From the NCBI RefSeq assembly GCF_009914755.1, contig NC_060926.1: a stretch of DNA of 64,000 bases; one strand, given 5' to 3'. Position numbers and translations under genes: made by a program. The notes under the pieces are model-generated. The model made no database searches. It was not told where the DNA came from and was given only the letters and a program-made list of their open reading frames with translations. Below are positions 40,453 to 57,800 of this stretch, piece by piece. This DNA is from the human T2T-CHM13v2.0 reference genome, Homo sapiens. How positions within the stretch are numbered: the first letter of the stretch is position 1; the number at the start of each line of letters is the position of its first letter.

Positions 40453-43400
40453 AACACTGTTTTTGTAGAATCCGTAAGTGAACTTTTGGAGCACTTTGAG
40501 GCCTATGGTGGAAAAGGAAATATGTTCACATAAAAACTAGACAGAAGTATTCTCAGAAACTTCTTTCTGATGTTTGCATTCAACTCACAGAGTTGAACAT
40601 ACCTTATGATAAAGCAGTTTTGAAACACTCTTTTAGTAGAAACTGTAAGTGGATATTTGGACCGCTTTGAGGCCTTCGTTGGAAACGGGAATATATTTAC
40701 ATAAAAATTAGACAGCAGCATTCTCATTAACTTCTTTGCGATGTGTACATTCAACTCACAGAGTTGAACCTTTCTTTTGATAGAGCAGTTTTGAAACAGT
40801 CTTTTGGAGAATTTTCAAGTGGATATTTTTACTGCTTTGAGGCCTTCGTTTGAAACGGAAATATATTCACATAAACACTAGACAGAAGCATTCTCACAAA
40901 CTTCTTTGTGATGTGTGCCTTCAACTCACAGAGTTGAAACTTTCTTTTGAGAGAGCAGGTTTGAAACACTCTTTTTGTAGAATCTGCAAGTGGACATTTG
41001 GAGCGCTTTGAGGCCCAAGGTGGAAAAGGAAATATCTTCCCATAGAAACTAGACAGAAGGATTCTCAGAAACTTCTTTGTGATATTTGTATTCAACTCAC
41101 AGAGTTGAACATAACATTTCATTGAGCAGTTTTGAAACACTCTTTTTGCAGAAACTGCAAGTGGAAATTTGGAGAGCTTTGAGGCCTTCGTTGGAATCGG
41201 TTATATCTTCACATAAACACTAGACAGAAGCATTCTCAGAAACTTCCTTGTGATGTGTACATTCAACTCACAGACTTGAAGCTTTCTTTTGATAGAGCAG
41301 GTTTGAAACACTCTTTTTGCAGAATCTGCAAGTGGACATTTGGAGGGCTTTCAGGCCTACAGTGGAAAAGGAAATATCTTCCCATAAAAACTAGACAGAA
41401 GCATTCTCAGAAAGTCATTTGCTATGTTTGCCTTCAACTCACAGAGTTGAAAATACTTTATCATAGAGCAGTTTTGAAACACTCTTTAGTAGAATCTGCA
41501 AGTGGATATTTGGAACGCTTTGAGGCCTTCGTTGGAAACGAGAATATCTTCACATAAAAACTAGACAGGAGCATTCTCAGAAACTTCTTTGTGATGTGTA
41601 CATTCAACGCACAGAGTTGAACCTTTCTTTTGATAGGGCAGGGTTGAAACTCTCTTTTTTTAGAATCGGCAAGAGGATATTTGTGCTGTTTTGAGGCCTT
41701 CGTTGGAAGCGGGAAGATATTCACATAAACACTAGATAGAAGCATTCTCAGAAACTTCTTTGTGATGTGTGCATTCAACTCACAGAGATGAACCTTTCTT
41801 TTGATAGAGCAGGATTGAAATACTCTTTTTGTAGAATCTGCAAGTGGACATTTGGAGATCTTTGAGGCCTATTGTGGAAAAGGAAATATCTTTATATAAA
41901 AATGAGACAGAAGAATTCTCAGAATCTTCTTTGTGATGTTCGCATTCCACTCACAGAGTTGAACATACCATTTCATAGAGCCTTTTGAAACACTCTTTGT
42001 AGAATCTGCAAGTGGATATTTGGACCGCTTTGAGGCCTTTGTTGGAAACGGGAATATCTTCACATAAGTACTGGACAGAGGCATTCTCAGAAACTTCTTT
42101 GTGATGTGTGCATTCAACTCACAGAGCTGAACTTTCTTTTGATAGAGCAGGTTTGAAACACTCATTTTGTAGAATCTCCAAATGGACATTTTGAGAGCTT
42201 TGTGGCCTATGGTGGAAAAGGAAGTATCTTCACTTAAAAACTAGACAGAAGCACTCTCAGAAACTTCTTTTTGGTATTTGCATTCAATTCACAGAGTAGA
42301 AACTTCCTTTTCATAGATCACTTTTGATACACTCCTTTAGTAGAATCTGAAGGGGATATTTTGACCGCTTTGAGGCATTCGATGGAAATGGGAATATCTT
42401 CACATAATCACTAGACAAGGGTTCTCTGAAACTTCTTTGTGCTGTGTGAATTAAAATCACAGAGTTGAACCTTGCTTTTCATAGAGCAGGTTTGAAACAC
42501 TCTTTGCAGAATCTGGAAGTGGACATTTGGAGTGTTTTGAGGCCTATGGTGGAAAAGGAAATATCTTCACATAAAAACTAGACAGAAGCATTCTTAGAAA
42601 CTTCTGTGTGCTGTTTGCATTCAACTCAGAGACTTGAACATTCTTAATAATAGAGCAGTTTTGAAACACTCTTTTAGTAGAATCTGCAAGTGGATATTTG
42701 GACCGCTTTGAGGCCTTCGTTGGAAACGGGAATATCTTCACATAATCACTAGACAGAAGCTTTCTCCGAAACTTCTTTGTTCTGTGTGCATTCAGCTCAC
42801 AGAGTTGATCCTTTCTTTTGATAGAGCAGGTTTGAAACACTTTTTTTGTAGAATCTGCAAGTGGACATTTGGAGAGCTTTGAGGCCTATGGTGGAAAAAC
42901 AAATATCTTCCCATAAAAACTAGAGAGAAGCATTCTCAGAAACTTCTTTGTGATGTTTGCCTTAAACTCACGGAGTTGAACATACCTTATGATAGAGCAG
43001 TTTTGAAACACTCTTTTAGTGGAATCTGCAAGTGAATATTTGGATTGCTTTGAAGGCTTCATTGGAAATGGGAATATCTTCACATAAAAACTAGACAGCA
43101 GCATCCTCAGAAACTTCTTGTGATGTGTACATTCAACTCACAGAGTTGAAACTTTCTTTTGATAGAACAGTTTTGAAACACTCTTTTTGTAGAGTCTACA
43201 AGTGGATATTTGGAACGCGTTGAGGCATTCGTTGGAAATGGGAATATCTTCACATAAACACTAGATAGAAGTTTTTTCCGAAACTTCTTTGGCTGTGTGC
43301 ATTCACCTCACAGAATTGAACCTTTCTTTTGATAGAGCAGGTTTCAAACACTCTTTTTGTAGAATCTGCAAGTGGACAGTTGGAGTGCTTTGAGGCGTAC

Positions 43401-43900
43401 GGTGGAAAAGGAAATATCTTCACATAAAAACTAGACAGTAGCATTCTCAGAAACTTCTTTGTGATAGTGATGTGTGCATTCAACTCACAGAGTTGAACCT
43501 TTCTTTTGATAGAGAAGGTTTGAAACACTCTTTTTGCAGAATCTGCAAGTGGACATTTGGAGCCCTTTGAGGCCTATGTTGGAAAAGGAAGTATCTTCAC
43601 ATAAAAACTAGACAGAAGCATTTTCAAAAACTTATTTGTGATGTCTGCATTCAACTCACAGGGTTGGACATACTTTATCATAGAGCAGTTATGAAACACT
43701 CTTTTAGTGGAATCTGCAAGGGGATATTTTGACCGCTTAGAGGCCTTCGTTGGAAACGGGAATATCTTCTCATAAAAACTAGACAGAAGCATTTTCTGAA
43801 ACTTCTTGGTGATGTGTGCATTCAATTCACAGAGTTGAACCTTTCTTTTGATAGAACAGGTTTGACACACTCTTTTTGTAGAATCTGCAAGTGGATTCTT
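40451..43900. repeat. Alpha satellite, SF5-like A/B monomers
   Basis: continues the monomer split by the SVA; CENP-B box cores at 40674, 41698, 42715 and 43745. Confidence 0.92.
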
Positions 43901-46900
43901 GGAGCGCTTTGAGGCCTATGGTGGAAAAGGAAATATCTTCACATAAAAACTAGACAGAGGAATTCTGAGAAACTTCTTTGTGATGTGTGCATTCTTCTCA
44001 CAGAGTTGAAACTTCCTTTTGATTGAGCAGTTTACAGACACTCTTTTTGTAGAATCTGCAAGTGGGCATTAGGAGCACTTTGCGACCTATGTTATAAAAG
44101 GAAATATCTTCACATAAAATCTAGACAGAACCAATGTGAGAAACCTCTTTGTGATGTGTGTTTTCATCTCACAGAGTTAAACCTTTCTTTTGATTGAGCA
44201 GTTTTGAACCTCTTTTTTTGTAGAATCTGCAAGTGGACATTTGGTGTGCTTTGAGGCCTATGGTGGAAAAGGAAATATCTTCACATAAAAACTAGACAGA
44301 AGAATCCTGAGAAACTTCTTTGTGATGTGTGCGTTCATCTCACAGAGTTGAACCTTTCTTTTGATTGAGAATTATGGAAAAACTCTTTTTGTAGATTCTG
44401 TAAGTGGACATGTAAAGCGCTTTGCAGCCTAAGTTAGAAAAGGAAATATCTTCACATAAAATCTAGACAGAAGCATTCTCAGAAACTTCTTTGTGATGTT
44501 TGCATTCAACTCACAGAGTTAAACCTTTGTTTTGATAGAGCAGGTTTGAAACACTCTTTTTGTAGAATCTGTAAGTGGACATTTGGAGTGCTTTGAGGCC
44601 TATGGTGGGAAAGGAAATATCTTCATATAAAAACTAGGCAGAAGCATTCTCAGAAAATTCTTTGTGATGTTTGCATTCTACTCACAGAGTTGAATATTCA
44701 TTTTCATGGGGCAGTTTTGAAACACTCTTTTTGTAGAATATGCTAGTGGATATTTGACTGCTTTGAGGCCTTCGTTGGAAACGGGAATATCTTCACATAA
44801 ATACTAGACAGAAGCATTCTCAGAAACTTGCTTGTAATGTGTGCATTCACTTCACAGAGTTGAAACTTTCTTTTGATAGAACAGTTTTGAAACATTCTTT
44901 TTGTAGAATCTGCAAGTGGACACTTGGAACACTTTGAGGCCTATAGTGGAAAAGGAAATATCTTCCCATCTAAACTAGAGAGAAGCATTCTCAGAAACTT
45001 CTTTTTGATGTTTGCCTTCAACTCACACAGTGGGACATACCTTATCATAGAGTCGTTTTGAAACACTCCTTTAGTAGAATCTGCAAGTGGATATTAGGTA
45101 CCCCTTGAGACCCTCCTTGGAAACGGGAATACCTTCACATAAAATCTAGACAGCAGCATTCTCAGAAACTTCTTTTTGATGTGTACATTCAACTCACAGA
45201 GTTAAAACTTTCTTTTGATTGGGAAGTTCTGAAACACTCTTTTTGTAGAATCCGCTAGTGGACATTTGTAGCGCTTTTGGGCCTATAGTGGAAAAGGAAA
45301 TATCTTCACATAAAAACTAGACAGAAGTATTCTCAGAATCTTCTTTGTGATGTGTGCCTTCAACTCAAATAGCTGAAACTTTCTTTTGATTCAGCAGTTT
45401 GGAAACACTCTTTTTGGAGATTCTGCAAGTGGAAGCACTCTTTTTGTAGATTCTGTAAGTGGGCATTTGAAGCGCTTTGCAGCCTAAGTTAGAAAAGGAA
45501 ATATCCTCACATAAAATCTAGACAGAAGCAATGTGAGAAACTTCCTTGGGATGTGTGCATTCATCTCACAGGGTTAACTCTTACTTTTGATTGAGCAGTT
45601 TTGAAACTGTCTTTTTGTTGAATGGGGAAGTGGACATTTGGAGCACTTTTAGGCTTATGGTGGAAAAGGAAATATCTTCACATAGAAACTAGACAGAAGC
45701 ATTCTTAGAAACTTTGTGATGTGTGCACTGATCTCACAGAGTTAAGCCTTTGTTTTGATTGAGCAGTTTTGAATCTCTCTTTTTGTAGAATCTGCAAGTT
45801 AACATTTGGAGCGCTTTGAGGCCTGTGGAGGAAAAGGAAATATTTTCACATCAAAACGACACAGAAGAATTCGGAGAAGCTTCTTTGGATGCATGCGTTT
45901 ATCTCACAGAGTTGAACCTTTCTTTTGATTAAGCAGTTTGGAAACACTCTTTTTGTGGAATCTGCAAGTGGACATTTGGAGCGCTTTGCAACCTATGTTA
46001 GAAAAGGAAATATATTACCATAAAATCTAGATAGAATGAATCTGAGAAACTTCTTTGTGATGTGTGCATTCATCTCACAGAGTTAAAACTTTCTTTTGAT
46101 TGAGCTGTCTTGAAACTCTCTTATCGTAAAATCTGCAAGTGGACATTTGGAGCGCTTTGAGGCCTATGGTGGAAAAGTAAATATTTTCACATAGAAACTA
46201 GACAGAAAAATTCTGAGAAATTTCTTTGTGATGTGTGCTTACATCTCACAGAGCTGAACCTTTCTTTTGATTGAGAGTTTGGAAGCACTCTTTTTGTAGA
46301 ATCTGCAAGCGGACATTTGGAGTGCTTTGTGGCCTATGGTAGAAAAGGAAATATCTTCACATAAAATCTAGATAAAAGCAATCTGAAAAACTTCTTTGTG
46401 GTGTGTGGATTCATCTCACAGAGTAAACCTTTCTTTTGACTGAGCACTTTGGAAACTCTCTTTTTGTAGAATCTGCAAGTGGACATTTTGAAGGCTTTGA
46501 GGCCTATGGTGGAAAAGGAATTATCTTCACATAAAAAATAGATAGAAGCATTTTTAGAAACATCTTTGTGATGTGTGCATTCATCTAACGGATTGAAACC
46601 TTTCTTTTGATAGAGCAGTTTTAAAGCTCCCTTTTTGTATAATCTCTAAGTGGACATTTGAAGGGCGTTCAGGCCTATGGTGAAAAATGAAATATCTTCA
46701 TGTAAAAAGTACATAGAAGAATTCTGAGAAACTACTTTGTGATGTGTGCATTCAACCCCCAGATTTGACCATTCCTTTGAAGGACCAGTTTTGAAATACT
46801 CTTTTTGTAGAATCTGCAAGTGGACCTTTCGAGTGCCTTCGGGTCTACCGTACAAAAGGAAATATCTTCACATAAAAACTAGAAAGAAGAATTCTGAGAA

Positions 46901-47040
46901 ACTTCTTTATAATGTGTGCATTCATCTAGAAAGTTGAACATTTCTTTGATTGAGCAGTTTGGAAACACTCTTTTTGTAGAATCTGCAAGTGGACATTTGG
47001 AGCACTTTGATTCCTATCATGGAAAAGGTAATATCATCAC
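43901..47040. repeat. A-type alpha satellite block with dimer-like alternation, interrupted by an SF5-like block at 44476-45432
   Basis: return to TCTGAGAAAC / CATCTCAC / GATTGAGC and recurrent AAATCTAGA..CAAT(G/C)TGA monomers; 44476-45432 has TCTCAGAAAC and a CENP-B box at 44770. Confidence 0.85.
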
Positions 47041-48908
47041 ATAAAGACTAGACTGTAGCTTTCTCAGAAACTTCTTTGTGATGTTTGCATTCAACTCATA
47101 GAGTTGAACATACCTCTTCATAGCACAATTTAGAAACTCTCTTTTTGTAGAATGTGCAAGTTGTTATTTGGAACTCTGTGAGGCCTTCGTTGGAAACGGG
47201 AATATCTTCACATAAACACTAGACAGAAGCATTCTCAGAAACTTCTTAGTGATGTGTGCATTCAACTCACAGAGTTGAACCTTTCTTTTGATAGAGCGGG
47301 TTTGAAAAACTCATTTGGTAGAAACTGCAAGTGGACATTTGGAGAAATTTGAGGACTATGGTGGGAAAGGAAATATCTTCACATAAAAACTAGACAGAAG
47401 CATTCTCAGAAATTTCTTTGTGATTTGTGCATTCAACTCACAGAGTTGAAACTTCCTTTCCATAGAGCAGTTTTGAAACACTCTGTTCGCAGTATCTGCA
47501 AGTGGATATTTGGAACGCTTGGAGGCCTTCTTTATAAACGTGAATATCTTCACATAAAAACTAGACAGAAGAATTCTCAGAAAATTTTTCTGATGTGTGC
47601 ATTCAACTCACAGCGTTGAAACTTTCTTTTGATAGAGCACGTTTCAAACACGCTTTTTGTAGAATCTGCACGTGGACATTTAAAGCACTTTGAGGCCTGT
47701 GGTGGAAAAGGAAATATCTTCCCATAAAAAATAGACAGAAGCATTCTCAGAAACTTCTTTGTGATGTTTGTCTTCAACTCACAGAGTTGAATATACGTTT
47801 TCATAGAGCAGTTTTGAAGCAGTCTTTTAGTAGAATCTGCAAGTGAATTTATGGACCGCTTTGAGGCCTTCATTGGAAACGGGAATATCTTCACATAAAA
47901 AGTAGATAGAAGCATTCTCAGAAGTGTATTTGTGATGTGTACATTCAACTCACAGAGTTGAACTTTCCTTTGATAGAGCAGTTTTGAAACACTCTTTTTG
48001 TATTATATGCAAGTGGACAAATGGAGCGCTTTGAGGGCTATGGTTGAAAAGGAAATATCTTCCCATAAATACTAGACAGAAGCATTCTCAGAAACTTATT
48101 TATGATGTTTGCATTCAGCTCACAGAGTTGAACATAGCTTTTCATGGAGCAGTTTTGAAGCACTGTTTTTGGACAATCTGCAAGTGGATATTTGGACCGC
48201 ATTGAGGCCTTCATTGGAAACGGGAATAACTTCACATAAAAACTAGACAGAAGCATTCTCACAAACTTCTTTGTGATTTGTGCATTAAACTCACAGATTT
48301 GAACCTTGCTTTTGATAGAGCAGATTTGAAACACTCTTTTTTTAGAATCTGCACGTGGACATTTGGAGCACTTTGAGGCCTATGGTGGAAAAGGAAATAT
48401 CTTCACACAAAAACTACACAGAAGCATTCTCAGAAACTTCTTCGTGATGTGTGCATTCACCTCAGAGAGTTGAACATTTCTTTTGATAGAGCAGTTTTGA
48501 AACACTCTTTTTGTAAAATCTGCAAGTGGATAGATGGAATGCTTTGCAGCCTTCATTGGAAACGGGAATATCTTCACATAATCACTAGACAGAAGATTTC
48601 TCAGAAACTTTTTTGTGCTGTGGCATTCAAGTAAGGGAGTTGAACCTTTATTTTGAAAGAGCAGGTTTGAAACACTTTTTGTGGAGTCTGCAAGTGAACA
48701 TTTGGAGAGATTTGAGGCCTATGGTGGAAAAGGAAATATCTTCACATAAAAACTACATAGAAGCATTCTCAGAAACTTCTTTGTGATGGTTGTATTCAAC
48801 TCACAGAGTTGAACTTTCTTTGATAGAGCAGTTTTGAACCTGTCTTTTTGAAGAAATGCAAATGGATATTTGGACCGCTTTGAGGCCTTCATTGAAAACG
48901 GGAATGTC
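47041..48908. repeat. Alpha satellite, SF5-like A/B monomers
   Basis: GGACCGCTTTGAGGCCTTC monomers; CENP-B box at 47185. Confidence 0.9.
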
Positions 48909-48911
48909 GAA

Positions 48912-49813
48912 GGGGGAGGAGCCAAGATGGCCGAATAGGAACAGCTCTGGTCTACAGCTCCCAGCGTGAGCGACGCAGAAGACAGGTGATTTCTGCCTTT
49001 CCATCTGAGGTGCCAGGTTCATCTCACTAGGGAGTGCTAGACAGTGGGCGCAGGTCAGTGGGTGCACGCACCGTGCACGAGCTGAAGCAGGGCGATGCAT
49101 TGCCTCACTTGGGAAGCACAAGGGGTCAGGGAGTTCCCTTTCCGAGTCAAAGAAAGGGGTGACAGATGCACCTGGAAAATCGGGTCACTCCCACCCGAAT
49201 ATAGCGCTTTTCGGACCGGCTTAAAAAACGGCACACCACGAGATTATATCCCGCACCTGGCTCGGAGGGTCCTACACCCACGGAGTCTCGCTGATTGCTA
49301 GCACAGCAGTCTGAGATCAAACTGCAAGGTGGCAGCGAGGCTGGGGGAGGGGCACCCGCCATTACCCAGGCTTGCTTAGGTAAACAAAGCAGCCAGGAAG
49401 CTCGAACTGGGTGGAGCCCACCACAGCTCAAGGAGGCCTGCCTGCCTCTGTAGGCTCCACCTCTGGGGGAAGGGCACAGACAAACAAAAAGCAGTAACCT
49501 CTGCAGACTTAAATGTCCCTGTCTGACAGCTTTGAAGAGAGCAGTGGTTCTCCCAGCATGCAGCTGGAGATCTGAGAACTGGCAGACTGCCTCATCAAGT
49601 GGGTCCCTGACCCCTGACCCCCGAGCAGCCTAACTGGGAGGCACTCCCCAGCAGGGGCACACTGACACCTCACACGGCAGGGTATTCCAACAGACCTGCA
49701 GCTAAGGGTCCTGTCTGTTAGAAGGAAAACTAACAAACAGAAAGGACATCCACAACAAAAACCCATCTGTACATCACCATCATCAAAGACCAACAGTAGA
49801 CAAAATCACAAAG
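48912..49813 (+). promoter_or_regulatory. L1 5'UTR internal sense/antisense promoter with YY1 site
   Basis: AAGATGGCC at 48924-48932 is intact; CpG-containing 5'UTR with partial CpG decay. Confidence 0.85.
49147..49362 (-). CDS. ORF0: LINE-1 ORF0, 71 aa, open
   Basis: MAGAPPPASLPPCSLISDCCASNQRDSVGVGPSEPG...HPFL* from the ATG at 49362, inside ORF track 49147-49431; expression unknown. Confidence 0.85.
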   Translation of the reverse strand: MAGAPPPASLPPCSLISDCCASNQRDSVGVGPSEPGAGYNLVVCRFLSRSEKRYIRVGVTRFSRCICHPFL

Positions 49814-50830
49814 ATGGGGAAAAAACAGAACAGAAAAACTGGAAACTCTAAAATGCAGAACACGTCTCCTCCTCCAAAGGAACGCAGTTCCTCACCAGCA
49901 ACGGAACAAAGCTGGATGGAGAATGACTTTGACGAGCTGAGAGAAGAAGGCTTCAGACGATCAAATTACTCTGAGCTATGGGAGGACATTCAAGCCAAAG
50001 GCAAAGAAGTTGAAAACTTTGAAAAAAATTTAGAAGCACGTATAACTAGAATAACCAATAGAGAGAAGTGCTTAAAGGAGCTGATGGAGCTGAAAACCAA
50101 GGCTCGAGAACTACGTGAAGAATGCAGAAGCCTCAGGAGCTGATGCAATCAACTGGAAAAAAGGGTATCAGCAATGGAAGATGAAATGAATGAAATGAAG
50201 CGAGAAGGGAAGTTTAGAGAAAAAAGAATAAAAAGAAATGAGCAAAGCCTCCAAGAAATATGGGACTATGTGAAAAGACCAAATCTACTTCTGATTGGTG
50301 TACCTGAAAGTGATGGGGAGAAGGGACCCAAGTTGGAAAACACTCTGCAGGATATTACCCAGGAGAACTTCCCCAATCTAGCAAGGCAGGCCAACATTCA
50401 GATTCAGGAAATACAGAGAATGCCACAAAGATACTCCTCGAGAAGAGCAACTCCAAGACACATAATTGTCAGATTCATCAAAGTTGAAATGAAGGAAAAA
50501 ATGTTAAGGGCAGCCAGAGAGAAAGGTCGGGTTACCCTCAAAAGGAAGCCCACCAGACTAACAGCGGATCTCTTGGCAGAAACCCTACAAGCCAGAAGAG
50601 AGTGGGGGCCGATATTCAACATTCTTAAAGAAAAGAATTTTCAACCCAGAATTTCATATCCAGCCAAACAAAGCTTCATAAGTGAAGGAGAAATAAAATA
50701 CTTTACAGACAAGCAAATGCTGAGAGATTTTGTCACCACCAGGCCTGCCCTAAAAGAGCTCCTGAAGGAAGCACTAAACATGGAAAGGAACAACCAGTAC
50801 CAGCCACTGCAAAATCATGCCAAAATGTAA
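49814..50830 (+). pseudogene. L1 ORF1p with one premature stop
   Basis: MGKKQNRKTG...QNHAKM; in-frame TGA at 50141-50143 (CGA>TGA type). Confidence 0.96.
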
Positions 50831-50893
50831 AGACCATCGAGACTAGGAAGAAACTGCATCAACTAATGAGCAAAATAACCAGCTAACATCATA

Positions 50894-54656
<3,763 letters not shown>

Positions 54657-54868
54657 GCAATGAGATCACATGGACACAGGAAGGGGAACATCATACTCTG
54701 GGGAATGTTGTGAGGTGGGGGGAGGGGTGAGGGATACCATTGGGAGATATACCTAATGCTAGAAGACGAGTTAGTGGGTGCAGCCAACCAGCATGGCGCA
54801 AGTATACATATGTAACTAACCTGCACAATGTGCACATGAACCCTAAAACTTAAAGAATAATAATAATA

Positions 54869-57800
54869 ATAAAAAGTAGACAGAAGCATTCTCACAAACT
54901 ACTTTGTGATGGGTGTACTCAACTCACAGTTAAAACTTTCCTTTGATACAGCAGTTTTGAAACACTCTTCTTGTTGAATTTACAAGTGGATATTAGGGCA
55001 GCATTGAGGATTTCGTTGGAAACGGGAATATCTTCACATAAAACTAGACAGAAGCATTCTCAGAAACTTATTTGTGATGTGTGCATTCAGCTCACAGAGT
55101 TGAAATTTTCTTTTGATAGAGCAGATTGGAAACACTCTTTTTGTAGAATTTGCAAGTGGATATTCGGACAGCTTTGAGGCCTTCGCTGGAAACGGGTATG
55201 TCTTCACATAAAAACTAGACAGGAGCATTCTCAGAAACTGCTTTGTGATGCTTGCAATCAACTCACAGAGTTGAACATTCCTTTTCATAGAGCAGTTTTG
55301 AAACACTCTTTTTGTAGAATCTGTAAGTGGAAACTTGGAGCGCTTTGAAAGCCTATGGTGAAACAGGAAATATCTTTCCATAAAAACTAGACAGAAGAAT
55401 TCTCAGAAACTTCCTCATGATGTGTGTACTTAACTCACAGAGTTGAACTTTTCTTTTGATAGAGAATTTTTGAAACACTCTTTTTGCAGAGTCTGCAAGA
55501 AGATATTTGGATAGCTTTAAGGCTTTGTTTGGAAAAGGAAATATCTTCACATAAAAACCAGACAGAAGCATTCTCAGAAACCTCTTTGTGCTGCTTGCAT
55601 TCAAATCACAGATTCGAACATTCCGTTTCATAGAACAGTTTTGAAACACTTTTTTTGTAGAATCTGCAAGTGGACATTTAGTGCGATTTGAGACCTATGT
55701 TGAAAAAGGAAATATCTTCACATAAAAAGAAGACAGAAGAATTCTCAGAAACTTCTTTGCGATGTGCGTACTCAACTCACAGAGTTAAACCTATCGTTTG
55801 ATACAGCAGTTATGAAAGACTCTTCTTATAGAATTTACAAGTGGATATTAGGACAGCATTTGGATTTCTTTGGAAACAGGAATGTCTTCACATAAAATTG
55901 ACAGAAGGATTCTCAGAAACTTCTTTGTGACGTGTGCATTCAACTCACAGAGTTGAAATTTTCTTTTGATCGTAGAATTTGCAAGTGGATATTTGGACAG
56001 CTTTGATGCCTTCTCTGGGAACGGGTATATATTCACATAAAAACAAGACAGAAGCATTCTCAGAAACTTCTTTGTGATGCTTACGTTCAACTGACAGACT
56101 TGAACATTCGTTTTCATGGAGCTGTTATGAAACACTCTTTTTGTAGAATCTGTAAGTGGAAACTTGGTGCTCTTTGAAGCCTAGGGTGAAAAAGGAAATC
56201 TCTTCCCATAAAAACTAGACAGAAGCATTCTCAGAAACATCTTTCTGATGTGTGTACTCAACTCACAGATTTGAACCTTTCTTTTGATAGAGCAGTTTTG
56301 AAACACTCATTTTTTAAAAATCTGCAAGTGGATATGTGGATAGCTTTGAAGATTTCATTGGAAACGGGAATATTTTCATATAAAAACTAGACAGAAGCAT
56401 TCTCAGAAATTTCTTTGTGATGTTTGCATTCATCTCGCAGTTGAACATTCCCCTTCATTGAGCATTTTTGAAACACTCTTTTTGTAGATTCTGGAAGTGG
56501 ACATTTGGAGTGCCTTGAGGCCTAAGGTGAAAAAGGAAATATCTTCACATAAACACTACACAGAAGCATTCTCAGAAACTTCTTTGTGAGACTTGCATTC
56601 AACTCACACTGTTGAACATGGATTTTCATAGAGCAGTTTTGAAACACTCCTTTTGTAGTATCTGGAAGTGGACATTTGGAGCGCTTTAGCGCCTGTGGTA
56701 AAAAAGGAAATATAGTCACATAAAAACTAGAGAGAAGCATTCTCAGAAACTACTTTGTGATGTGTGTACTCAACTCATAGGGTTGAACTTTTCTTTTGAT
56801 ACAGCAATTTTGAAACACTCTTTGTAGAATTTGCAAGTGGATATTTGGATAGCTTTGAGGATTTCGTTGGAAACGGGAATATCTTCACAAAAAACTAGAC
56901 TGAAGCATACTCAGAAACTTCTTTGTGATGCTTGAATTCAACTCACAGGGTTCAACATTCCTTTTCATAGAGCAGTTTTGAAACACTCTTTTTGTAGGAT
57001 CTGTAAGTGGAATCTTGAATCGCTTTGAGGTCTAGGTAGAAAAGGAAATATCTTCCCATGAAAAGTACACAGAAGAATTCTCAGAAACTTCTCTGTGATG
57101 TGTGTACTCAACTCACAGAGTTGAGCTATTCTTTTGATAGAGCAGTTTTGATACACCCTTTTTGTTAAAATCTGCAAGTGGATATGTGGATAGCTTTGAG
57201 AATTTCGTTAGAAACGGGATTATCTTCACATAAAAACTAGACAGAAGGATTCTCAGAAACATCTTTGTGATGTTTGCATTCTTCTCACAGAGTTGAACAT
57301 TCCCTTTCAGTGAGCAGTTTTGAAACACTCTTTTTGTAGTTTCACTAAGTGGACATTTGGAGCGCTTTGAGGCCTAGGGTGAAAAAGGAAATATCTTCAC
57401 ATAAAAACTATACAGAAGCATTCTCAGAAACTTCTTTGTGATATGTGTACTCAACTCACAGAGTTGAACCTTTCTTTTGATATAGCAATTTTGAAACACT
57501 CTTTTTGTAGAATCTGCAAGTGGACATTTGGATAGCTTTGAGGATTTCGTTGGAAACGGGAATATCTTCACATAAAACTAGACAGAAGCATTCTCAGAAA
57601 CTTCTTGTGATGTTTGCATTCAACTCACAGAGTTGAACATTCCTTTTCATAGAGCAGTTATGAAACACTCTTTTAGTAGAATCTACAAGTGGACATTTTG
57701 TGCGATATGAGACCTATGGTGAAAAAGGTAATATCTTCACATAAAAACTAGATAGAAGCATTCTCAGAAACTACTTTTTGATGTGTGTACTCAAATCACA

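Noticed and set aside
37560-40494. Pro/Gly/Arg-rich ORFs up to 265 aa
   Set aside because: They arise from the SVA hexamer and GC-rich VNTR; SVA is non-coding.
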